A DNA stretch of 32,000 nt from positions 240,001-272,000 of the forward strand of contig NC_016803.1 in NCBI RefSeq assembly GCF_000189295.2, given 5' to 3'. Below the pieces are notes generated by a model that was not told the DNA's origin, did no database searches, and worked only from the letters and a program-made list of their open reading frames with translations. The DNA comes from Pseudodesulfovibrio mercurii (lineage in GTDB: Bacteria; Desulfobacterota; Desulfovibrionia; Desulfovibrionales; Desulfovibrionaceae). A program made the position numbers and the translations under genes. Shown piece by piece: positions 1 to 7,302 of this stretch (position 1 is the first letter of the stretch; the number at the start of each line of letters is the position of its first letter).

Positions 1-437
1 AGATTCCGGATATCCGCAAGGTGGCCATCGAGGCCCTGGCCGGGTCCGGCGGCGACGATGCCGTGTGGCGGCCCCTGGTCCTGCACCGGCTGTCCGACGA
101 GAGCAAGGACGTGCGTCTGACGGTGATCGAGATCATGGGCCGACATTACGACGAGGAGATGATCCCGCACCTGCTGCACGCCCTGAACGACGAGGATGAC
201 TGGGTCAAGATCCGGGCCATGGACGCCCTGGGCGAGCACGGCACGGTCCAGGCGGCCCAGGTCATGATCGACATGCTGAAAAACCCCAACCGGTTCGTGG
301 TCATGAAGGCCATCGAGGCCCTGGGGAACATCGGCGGCAGCGCGGCCTTCGCGGCCTTGCTGGAGGTGACCAACAGCGACGAGTACGAACTGGTCAGCGC
401 CGCTGAGGAAGCCATCTCCAAGATTCAGGAAATGTAG
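1..437 (+). CDS. HEAT-repeat (PBS-lyase-like) protein, 5' end outside window
   Basis: The frame is open from the window edge (IPDIRKVAIEALAG...) to TAG at 435-437. It carries repeated D-x-x-[VI]R-x-x-[AV]-x-x-AL-G units (DVRLTVIEIMG, DWVKIRAMDALG, RFVVMKAIEALG). It lies directly upstream of cheR. Confidence 0.7.
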   Translation, partial: IPDIRKVAIEALAGSGGDDAVWRPLVLHRLSDESKDVRLTVIEIMGRHYDEEMIPHLLHALNDEDDWVKIRAMDALGEHGTVQAAQVMIDMLKNPNRFVVMKAIEALGNIGGSAAFAALLEVTNSDEYELVSAAEEAISKIQEM

Positions 438-452
438 GAGCAACCCACCGGA

Positions 453-1328
453 ATGTCGTCTCTTTTTTCGAAGACCATATCCCTCGGCAAGGAACTCAAG
501 ATCACCGATCAGGAGTTCGTCAACCTGCGGGATTTCATCTATGCCGAATGCGGCATCTATATCGCGGACAACCGCAAGTATTTGCTGGAAAACAGGCTCG
601 GCAACAGGCTCAAGAAGCTGAACCTGAAGAATTTCGACGAATACTACAACCTCCTGCGCTTCGACTCGGCCAAGGGCGCGGAGATGAAGAAGCTCTACGA
701 GGTCATCACCACCAACGAGACGAGCTTCTACCGCAACCCGCCGCAGCTCAAGGTCTTCCAGGAGGAGGTCCTGCCCGACGTGCTCGACTCCTGCCGGAAG
801 AAGGGCAGACGGCTGCGCATCTGGTCGGCGGGGTGCTCCACCGGCGAGGAGCCGTACACCATCTCGATCATCATCCACGAGATGCTCAAGGCCGAGATGC
901 CCGGCTGGGACATCCGCATCACCGCCAACGACCTGTCGGAGCGGGTCCTGGAGTCGGCCCGGCGGGGTGTGTACAACGACTACACCCTGCGGACCACTCC
1001 GGAGGAGGTCGCCGCGCGCTACTTCGACATGAACGACGGACAGAACAAGATCCGGTCCGAGGTCAAGCGGCTGGTCAGTTTCGGGCAGATCAACCTGCGC
1101 GACCGCATGCAGCTCAAGCGGGTGGAGCGTTCCCAGGTCGTTTTTTGCAGAAACGTCATCATCTATTTCGACGACGAGATGAAGAAGCGGGTCATCAACG
1201 CGTTCTACGACAACCTGCTGCCGGGGGGATACCTGATCATCGGCCACTCCGAGTCGCTGCACAACATCACCCGTGCGTTCAAGCCCATTCACTATCCGGG
1301 TGCCATCATCTATCAAAAGGAGGAGTAG
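453..1328 (+). CDS. cheR: chemotaxis protein-glutamate O-methyltransferase CheR
   Basis: 291-aa ORF with AGGAG about 12 nt upstream. CheR hallmarks are present: TNETSFYRNP, the SAM-binding RIWSAGCSTGEEPYT and FCRNVIIYFD. Confidence 0.95.
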   Translation: MSSLFSKTISLGKELKITDQEFVNLRDFIYAECGIYIADNRKYLLENRLGNRLKKLNLKNFDEYYNLLRFDSAKGAEMKKLYEVITTNETSFYRNPPQLKVFQEEVLPDVLDSCRKKGRRLRIWSAGCSTGEEPYTISIIIHEMLKAEMPGWDIRITANDLSERVLESARRGVYNDYTLRTTPEEVAARYFDMNDGQNKIRSEVKRLVSFGQINLRDRMQLKRVERSQVVFCRNVIIYFDDEMKKRVINAFYDNLLPGGYLIIGHSESLHNITRAFKPIHYPGAIIYQKEE

Positions 1329-1387
1329 GACATGTTCCGTGGCGGAATTGATCATGTGGCGCATGCCGTGCTATCCAGGGGGGAGTC

Positions 1388-1756
1388 ATGCCTAAACATA
1401 TTCTGATAGTGGACGATTCGAAGACGGTCAGGAACCTGGTGGCCTTCATCATGAAAAAGGAAGGGTTCAAGGTGACCACGGCGGAGGACGGCCTGGACGG
1501 ACTGGAAAAGCTGTACAGCCTGTCCCACGTGGATCTGATCGTATCCGACGTGAACATGCCGCGCATGGACGGCCTGACCTTCATCAAGACCGTCCGGGAG
1601 CAGGCCGCCTACCGGGACATCCCCATCGTGGTTTTGTCCACCGAGGGCCAGGACAAGGACATTCAGACGGGATTGACCGTGGGCGCGAATCTGTACATGA
1701 TCAAACCCGCCCAGCCGGAAAAGCTCGTCCGCAACGTCAAGATGCTGCTGGGTTAG
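1388..1756 (+). CDS. cheY: single-domain CheY-like response regulator
   Basis: 122-aa REC domain with a canonical acidic pair (ILIVDDS), phospho-acceptor Asp (SDVNMPRMDG), LST and IKP positions. It sits between cheR and cheA. Confidence 0.9.
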   Translation: MPKHILIVDDSKTVRNLVAFIMKKEGFKVTTAEDGLDGLEKLYSLSHVDLIVSDVNMPRMDGLTFIKTVREQAAYRDIPIVVLSTEGQDKDIQTGLTVGANLYMIKPAQPEKLVRNVKMLLG

Positions 1757-1846
1757 CCGTTCCGGCCACGGACGGCCCGTTAACGCAAATCGACGCGGCG
1801 GGACGCGGGTCCACGAAGGGACCCCGCCGCCGCATGAGGAATCTCG

Positions 1847-4750
1847 ATGAGCCAGGACTTTCTCGACTCGGAAATCTTGTCCGACTTTTTTATTGAAGCC
1901 AAGGAGCACCTGGAGACCATCGAGCCCAACCTGCTCGAACTGGAGAAGGCACCGGACAACCTCGGCCTGTTGAACGAGATCTTCAGGCCTATGCACTCCC
2001 TCAAGGGGGCCTCGGGCTTTCTCGGCCTGAACAAGATCAACGGTCTGGCCCACAAGGCGGAGAACATCCTGGACGAATTGCGCCAGGGGTCCATGCGCGT
2101 GACCGGGGCGATCATGGACCTGATCCTGTCCGCCACCGACGCCCTGCGGACCATGGTGGACAACCTGGAGACCAGCGGGGTGGAGGGGGACGTGGATACC
2201 GCGCCCATCATCGCCCGCATCGAGGCCGCCCTGGTCGGCGAACTGCCGGAGAGCCCCGCGGCCGAGGCCGTGACCGCACCGGCACCCGAGGCCGTCGCGC
2301 CCGCCGCCGAGCCCGAACCCGCCGCCGCGCCGCAACCCGCCGGGGATGCCGACATGGCCGCTTTCCACCCGCAGCCCGATCCCGATTTCGATCCCACGCC
2401 CTATGCCCTGACCACGGTGGGCGAAGGCCACCTGGCCGACTTTCTGGAGGAGGCGCAGGAGATCGTCGAGAACCTGAACCGCTGTCTCCTGGCCATGGAG
2501 GGGGACCCGGGTGGCAACGACGAGCTGATCAACGACACCTTCCGCTATTTTCACAACCTCAAGGGCAACAGCGGCATCATCGGGTTCAAGGAGCTCAACT
2601 CCCTGACCCACGAGGCCGAGACCCTGCTGAACAAGGTCCGCAAGGGCGAGATCGCCTCCAGCCAGGGGCTCATCGACCTGCTCCTGGCGGCCGTGGATCT
2701 GATCGAGGCCCTGGTGACCAGGGTGGACGTGGAGACCGGCCGCGTGGAGCCGCTGGACACCAGCGTCATGGCCCAGGTCCTCCAGAAGGTCACCGAGGAC
2801 GGCAACGTGGACGGCGTGGCCGGCGTGGTGCCCGTGGGCCGACAGGCCGCCGAGGCGGCCCCGGAACCCGCCGCGAAGCCCGCTTCGGCCGTCGTAACGC
2901 CCGCGCTCGAACCGGCCGGGTCAGACGTCGAATACGACCCCGAGGACGTGGCCCTGTTCGTCCAGACCATCGAGCAGCAGTTCGAGGCCGCGCTGGTGGC
3001 TTTCAAGCTGCTGCGCGAGGACTCGGCCCAGAAGGACATTGTCGACGGCCTGTTCCGGACCTTCCAGACCATCCAGAATTCCACGGGCTACATGGGCTTC
3101 GACGAGATCAAGGAATACGCGGGCCGGACCGTGGGACTGGTGGACCAGGCCCGCAACTCGGACATGGATTTCGGCCTGATGCTCGACATCCTCGAACAGG
3201 AATACGCCATCCTCAGGGACATGATCACGGCGGCCATCGAGAAGCTGCCCGGCGCATCCCTGTCCGAGCCAGCGCCCGAGGCCAAGCCCAAGGCGTCGGC
3301 CCCGGCCCCGGCTCCCGAACCCGCTCCGGCCCCAAGGGCCGCGCCAGAACCGGCCCCGGCTCCCGCGCCGCGCGCCGCGACCAGGCCCGCACCGGTCAAG
3401 CCCGCAGCCAAACCCGCAGCCAAGCCCGCTCCGGCGGCAAGGACGACCATGCCCACCACCGCCGCAAGGAATGGCGGCAGCCAGGCCCCGGCTCAGGCCC
3501 AGGCCAAGCCCAAGGCCTCGAGCACCATCCGCGTGGACCATCACAAGCTCGACCACCTCATGAACGTCATCGGCGAGCTGATCATCAACCGCAACCGCTA
3601 CGCCATGCTCGCCCGGGCCCTGGAAGAGGGGCAGGAGGACGTGCACGTGGTCGCCCAGCAGCTGACCGAGACCACCTACGCCATGGCCCGCATTTCCGAC
3701 GACCTTCAGGACACCATCATGAAGGTCCGCATGGTCCCGGTGCAGACCGTGTTCTCCCGCTTCCCCCGGCTGGTCCGGGACCTGAGCCGCAAGTCCGGCA
3801 AGCAGGTGGAGTTGATCATGGAAGGCGAGGAGACCGAATTCGACAAGTCCGTGGTCGAGGAGATCGGCGATCCCCTGGTGCACCTGGTGCGCAACGCCGT
3901 GGACCATGGCCTCGAGGACGAGGAGACCCGCATCGCCCAGGGCAAGAAGCCCAAGGGACACGTCTGGCTGCGCGCCTACCACAAGGGCAACTCCGTGGCC
4001 ATCGAGGTCGAGGACGACGGCCGGGGCATGGACCCGGAAAAACTCCGCCAGGTGGCCGTGCGCAAGGGCATCGTCTCCCAGGAGGAGGCCAACGCCATGG
4101 ACGACCGCGAGGCCCTGGACCTGATCTTCGCGCCGGGCTTCTCGTCCGCCGAGAAGGTCACGGACATCTCCGGGCGCGGCGTGGGCATGGACGTGGTCAA
4201 GACCAACATAAAGAACCTCAAGGGCAGCGTGAACACCCAGTCCGAGGTGGGCAAGGGGTCCAAGCTGACCCTGACCCTGCCCCTGACCCTGGCCATCATC
4301 GACGCGCTCATGGTCCAGGTAGGCGGCGACACCTTCGCCATCCCCCTGGACGCCGTGTCCGAGACCACCAAGATCGAGGTCGAGAAGCTGTCCGACATCA
4401 ACAACCGCAAGGCCGTGACCCTGCGCGGCGAGGTGCTCGGCATCGTCGAACTGGCCGAACTGCTCGACATGCCCCAGTCCATGGACGAACGCACCGTCCT
4501 GCCCATGGTCGTCATCCAGGACAACGACCGCCGCCTCGGCCTGGTGGTGGACCGCCTCCTCGAACGCCAGGAGATCGTCATCAAGCCGCTCGGCCAGTAC
4601 CTGAACAACTTCAACCTCAAGGGGTTATCCGGCGCGACCATCATGGGCGACGGCTCCGTGGTGCTTATCCTCGACCCCCACGAGATCTACAGCCTGTCCA
4701 CCCAGCTTGGCCGCAAGGAGCCCCTGGTCGTGGCCGGCGCCATCAAGTAG
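1847..4750 (+). CDS. cheA: chemotaxis histidine kinase CheA with three tandem HPt (P1-like) domains
   Basis: HPt motifs RPMHSLKGASGF and RYFHNLKGNSGI, plus a third HPt-like repeat RTFQTIQNSTGY. Also present: P3 dimerisation region STIRVDHHKLDHLMNVIGELI, HATPase N box HLVRNAVDHG, G1 DDGRGMD, G2 GRGVGMDVV and a C-terminal CheW-like P5 domain. GAGGA lies upstream of the ATG. Confidence 0.95.
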   Translation: MSQDFLDSEILSDFFIEAKEHLETIEPNLLELEKAPDNLGLLNEIFRPMHSLKGASGFLGLNKINGLAHKAENILDELRQGSMRVTGAIMDLILSATDALRTMVDNLETSGVEGDVDTAPIIARIEAALVGELPESPAAEAVTAPAPEAVAPAAEPEPAAAPQPAGDADMAAFHPQPDPDFDPTPYALTTVGEGHLADFLEEAQEIVENLNRCLLAMEGDPGGNDELINDTFRYFHNLKGNSGIIGFKELNSLTHEAETLLNKVRKGEIASSQGLIDLLLAAVDLIEALVTRVDVETGRVEPLDTSVMAQVLQKVTEDGNVDGVAGVVPVGRQAAEAAPEPAAKPASAVVTPALEPAGSDVEYDPEDVALFVQTIEQQFEAALVAFKLLREDSAQKDIVDGLFRTFQTIQNSTGYMGFDEIKEYAGRTVGLVDQARNSDMDFGLMLDILEQEYAILRDMITAAIEKLPGASLSEPAPEAKPKASAPAPAPEPAPAPRAAPEPAPAPAPRAATRPAPVKPAAKPAAKPAPAARTTMPTTAARNGGSQAPAQAQAKPKASSTIRVDHHKLDHLMNVIGELIINRNRYAMLARALEEGQEDVHVVAQQLTETTYAMARISDDLQDTIMKVRMVPVQTVFSRFPRLVRDLSRKSGKQVELIMEGEETEFDKSVVEEIGDPLVHLVRNAVDHGLEDEETRIAQGKKPKGHVWLRAYHKGNSVAIEVEDDGRGMDPEKLRQVAVRKGIVSQEEANAMDDREALDLIFAPGFSSAEKVTDISGRGVGMDVVKTNIKNLKGSVNTQSEVGKGSKLTLTLPLTLAIIDALMVQVGGDTFAIPLDAVSETTKIEVEKLSDINNRKAVTLRGEVLGIVELAELLDMPQSMDERTVLPMVVIQDNDRRLGLVVDRLLERQEIVIKPLGQYLNNFNLKGLSGATIMGDGSVVLILDPHEIYSLSTQLGRKEPLVVAGAIK
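3265..3445 (+). repeat. Pro/Ala/Lys-rich low-complexity linker coding repeat inside cheA
   Basis: Encodes PAPEAKPKASAPAPAPEPAPAPRAAPEPAPAPAPRAATRPAPVKPAAKPAAKPAPAA. It contains short tandem AAGCCCGCAGCC-type units. Confidence 0.6.
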
Positions 4751-4754
4751 TCAG

Positions 4755-4812
4755 CCGAGCAGGCAAAAAAAAGGGACTCCTAAAAAGGAGTCCCTTTTTT
4801 TTGCCTGCTCGG
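4755..4812. terminator. bidirectional rho-independent terminator (extended perfect palindrome) after cheA
   Basis: CCGAGCAGGCAAAAAAAAGGGACTCC pairs perfectly with GGAGTCCCTTTTTTTTGCCTGCTCGG around a 4-6 nt loop. It starts 5 nt after the cheA stop. The GC core is flanked by A8 and T8, so it reads as a terminator on both strands. Confidence 0.8.
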
Positions 4813-4813
4813 G

Positions 4814-5090
4814 CGCGGCTTCCGAGAGCGGCACGTCTGCACATTTTTCGGGCTACGCTCAATCCGTCAACGTAGACGGCTACGCCGCCGGTTGCGCTGC
4901 GTCCGAGAAAATGCACAGCCGCACCATTCTTGAAAGCCTGACGGCGTGCGATATCCCCCAAAAGAAAAGGCATGCAGAACCGCGCCCGCACGGCCTTGCC
5001 GAAGGCACACAAAAAGTTCTGGAGATTCTTAAGAACCTCTTTCAAGAGGTTCTTGAGCGGGTCCAGGGCAGAGCCCTGGCCGCCGGAGGC
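4814..5090 (+). repeat. structured intergenic repeat element, copy A (candidate ncRNA or MITE-like palindromic element)
   Basis: It shares ordered boxes with 15431-15743, including a 22-nt identical box TGCCGAAGGCACACAAAAAGTT (4997-5018) and CTGGCCGCCGGAGGC (5076-5090). Its internal hairpins are conserved by compensatory changes. No reading frame is conserved between the copies. Confidence 0.8.
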
Positions 5091-5091
5091 G

Positions 5092-5129
5092 AAAAAAGGC
5101 CGGGAAGCAGATGCTTCCCGGCCTTTTTT
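5092..5129. terminator. bidirectional rho-independent terminator
   Basis: AAAAAAGGCCGGGAAGC-AGAT-GCTTCCCGGCCTTTTTT forms a perfect stem with flanking A6/T6. It lies 18 nt beyond the stop of the minus-strand membrane-protein gene and 1 nt after repeat copy A. Confidence 0.8.
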
Positions 5130-5147
5130 CGCCGCTGGTCGCGGCGG

Positions 5148-6074
5148 CTACATCATGGTCATGAAGTTGACGAACAGGGTGGCGTTGAGGGCGTGGAGGA
5201 GCCAGAAGAGGCCCACGGCCAGGAAGGCGAGTCCCTTGAAGCGCAGGGGGGATTCGCAGCGGTTGAGGAACAGCCAGATGAGGCCGCAGAGGCCGCCGAG
5301 GACGGTCAGGCCGACCCAGACGTAGGCCAGCGGGGTGCCGAGGATGAGGGTTTGGATGTCGGCGGGCAGCCGGGAGTAGAGCCAGAGCTGGCAGCCGAGG
5401 AAGCCGATCATGGGCAGCAGGGCCCAGCGGGAGGCCATGCGCACGGCGAAGTTGTAGTAGTCGCGCCCGTAGTCGTCCCTGTTCCGGCGCAGCAGGATGT
5501 AGGCCAGGCCCAGGGCCGCGGCGGCGGACAGGACGAGCAGGGCGTACATGGCCGACATGGGCTGGGCCAGGATGACGGTGTTGGTCATGACGTCGCCGTT
5601 GGGCTGGGTCAGGGAGAAATTGAGGGCCAGCTTGGCCGGGACCACGATGGCCAGGCCGGTGATGGCGGCGAAGGTGGCGACGAGGCCGAGGGCGATGTGG
5701 GCGGCCTTGGCGTTGCGCATCCTCTTCCAGGTGGTGAAGTAGATCAGCCCGGCGACGACGAACACGGCAAAGGCCACGGAGCCGTTGAAGAAGGCGGAGC
5801 CGGGGGTGAGGTAGGCCTGGAAGAGGTCCGGGAACCTGACCAGGGCGATGCCCAGGGAGGCCCCGTAGATGAGGATCAAGGCGATGACCAGGATCAGGCC
5901 CATGCCCGCGGTCTGCTGGCCGTACTTGTCGAAGAGGACCTTCTTGCGGGTCTTGGCGGAGATTTCGGCCAGGACCGCGATGGCCGGGCTGCCGAGGGCT
6001 GCCATGCCGAGCAGGCTGAAGAAGGCCGGCGCGAGCATGTAGGCGACGAGGGTCAGGGTTTCTTGGATGCTCAT
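5148..6074 (-). CDS. polytopic inner-membrane protein of unknown function (about 8 TM helices)
   Basis: 308-aa ORF with alternating hydrophobic helices and short K/R-rich loops (AKTRKKVLFDKYG, KRMRNAKAA, RRNRDDYGRDYY). GGAG lies upstream of the ATG and a terminator downstream. I recognise no family. Confidence 0.7.
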   Translation of the reverse strand: MSIQETLTLVAYMLAPAFFSLLGMAALGSPAIAVLAEISAKTRKKVLFDKYGQQTAGMGLILVIALILIYGASLGIALVRFPDLFQAYLTPGSAFFNGSVAFAVFVVAGLIYFTTWKRMRNAKAAHIALGLVATFAAITGLAIVVPAKLALNFSLTQPNGDVMTNTVILAQPMSAMYALLVLSAAAALGLAYILLRRNRDDYGRDYYNFAVRMASRWALLPMIGFLGCQLWLYSRLPADIQTLILGTPLAYVWVGLTVLGGLCGLIWLFLNRCESPLRFKGLAFLAVGLFWLLHALNATLFVNFMTMM

Positions 6075-6266
6075 GGTCGATGGACTCCGATGGGTTGCCG
6101 GGGCGGACCGTGCCCCGTGGGCGTTTTTTTGCCTGAAAATCGTGCGGCGCGCAAGGGCGCAGTTCCGGGGCCGGTGGCGTGTTGGCCATCAGATTCCTTG
6201 CAAAAATTCCGTCTATCGCCTATTGCCTATGAAACGCTCAAACGAGACCGCGCGGAGACCTCCCTG

Positions 6267-7223
6267 ATGAAATGCCTGAAACTTCTTCTGCTTGCCGTGA
6301 TCTGCCTGCCCCTGGTGGGCTGCGCCGCCTCGCAGAAGAGCGTTGAGACCGAATCCGCGAGCACGGAGTGGCGCATCAAGAGTCTCGAGGAGAGCTTCCT
6401 GAATTTTCGCGAGCAGCAGCGCAAGACGGCCGACGAGGACGCCAAGTCGCGCGCGGACCTGGAGAAGCGCATGCAGACGGTGGAGGCCGAGTTGGCCGCC
6501 CTGCGGGCCGGGCAGGCGCCTGCCGATGCGCCGCGCGGCGAGACCTGGTCCTCGGACCTCAAGCCGGACGAGAGTGCCTGGGTGGAGGGCGGCAAGCCCG
6601 CCGAGGGCGCTCCCATGGTCAAAAACGACGCGGAGCAGCCGTGGGCCAAGGTGCCCGAGCCGCCCGCCGCGCCCGAAGCGGGTGCCGAGGCCGAGCCGTC
6701 CGCCGCGCCCGAGCCGCCCAGGACCATTCCCGAACCCGAGGTCCTGCCGCGTTCCGAGGCCCCCAAACCGGCGGTGGCCGAGGCTGCGCCCGCGCCGAAA
6801 CCCGTTGCCAAGCCCGCAGCCAAGCCCGCGCCCAAGCCTGCGGCGGGCGGGGCCACGGCCCTGTACGAAAAGGGCTACGCCCAGTACAACGCGGGCGCGT
6901 TCCCGGCCGCGCGGCAGACCTTCGACGACTTCCTGGCCCGGTATCCGAAGAACGACCTGACCCCCAACGCCCTGTACTGGAAGGGCGAGACCTACTACTC
7001 CGAACAGGACTACGCCCAGGCCATCCTGGCCTTCAAGGAGGTCACGGGCCGGTTCCCCAAGCACGACAAGGCCGCCGCGGCCCTGCTCAAGATCGGCATG
7101 TCCTACGACCGGGTGGGCGACCCGGACAACGCGATTTTCTATCTGCGCGCCCTGGTGGAGGATTTCCCCAAGTCATCCCCCGCCGGGCTCGGCCGCAAGG
7201 AATTGGCCCGGCTGGGCGGCTAG
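6267..7223 (+). CDS. ybgF: YbgF/CpoB-type TPR protein, lipoprotein form
   Basis: The in-frame ATG at 6267 gives MKCLKLLLLAVICLPLVGCAAS, a signal peptide with lipobox LVGC. This is followed by a coiled-coil segment (RIKSLEESFLNFREQQRK...LEKRMQTVEAELAALR) and a P/A-rich linker. The C-terminal TPR block is YbgF-like: YEKGYAQYNAGAFPAARQTFDDFLARYPKNDLTPNALYWKGETYY...FPKHDKAAAALLKIG. Confidence 0.85.
   Translation: MKCLKLLLLAVICLPLVGCAASQKSVETESASTEWRIKSLEESFLNFREQQRKTADEDAKSRADLEKRMQTVEAELAALRAGQAPADAPRGETWSSDLKPDESAWVEGGKPAEGAPMVKNDAEQPWAKVPEPPAAPEAGAEAEPSAAPEPPRTIPEPEVLPRSEAPKPAVAEAAPAPKPVAKPAAKPAPKPAAGGATALYEKGYAQYNAGAFPAARQTFDDFLARYPKNDLTPNALYWKGETYYSEQDYAQAILAFKEVTGRFPKHDKAAAALLKIGMSYDRVGDPDNAIFYLRALVEDFPKSSPAGLGRKELARLGG
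6655..6850 (+). repeat. Pro/Ala/Lys-rich low-complexity linker coding repeat inside ybgF
   Basis: Encodes PEPPAAPEAGAEAEPSAAPEPP...APAPKPVAKPAAKPAPKPAAGG. It shares an AAGCCCGCAGCCAA(A/G)CCCGC stretch with the cheA linker. Confidence 0.6.
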
Positions 7224-7302
7224 CCCGCCGTCCCGCCCACGAGTTTGCAGAGGCCGGTCTCCCGTCGTGTCCGGGGTCCGGCCCTGTCGTTTCCGACGAG
7301 GT

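Noticed and set aside
3265-3445. Short periodic repeats as a possible CRISPR array or VNTR
   Set aside because: The units are 12 nt or shorter, lie in frame inside cheA and encode a Pro/Ala/Lys linker. There is no spacer-repeat architecture.
4972-5325. Small ORFs crossing the repeat copies (4972-5325 and 15560-15751) that both contain LPKAHKKF
   Set aside because: The shared peptide is just the translation of the identical 22-nt box. Upstream and downstream, the two copies fall into different frames and the peptides diverge, while the nucleotide-level hairpins covary. This indicates a non-coding element.
6099-6130. Hairpin CGGGGC-GGACCGT-GCCCCG followed by T7 on the plus strand in the divergent intergenic region
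   Set aside because: No upstream plus-strand gene exists for it to terminate. The T-run is separated from the stem by 6 nt. It is more simply part of the 5' leader of the minus-strand membrane-protein gene.
6183-6202. Sigma-54-like TGGCC...TTGCA upstream of ybgF (a similar TGGCA...TTGCG occurs at about 31484-31502)
   Set aside because: The GG to GC spacing is 16 nt instead of the 12 nt implied by the TGGCAC-N5-TTGC consensus, so neither fits a -24/-12 promoter.
4707-6266. N-terminal 520 codons of the 838-aa ORF 4707-7223
   Set aside because: This part overlaps the end of cheA, crosses two strong terminators and the repeat element, and runs antisense through the membrane-protein gene. The real gene is the lipoprotein starting at the in-frame ATG 6267.
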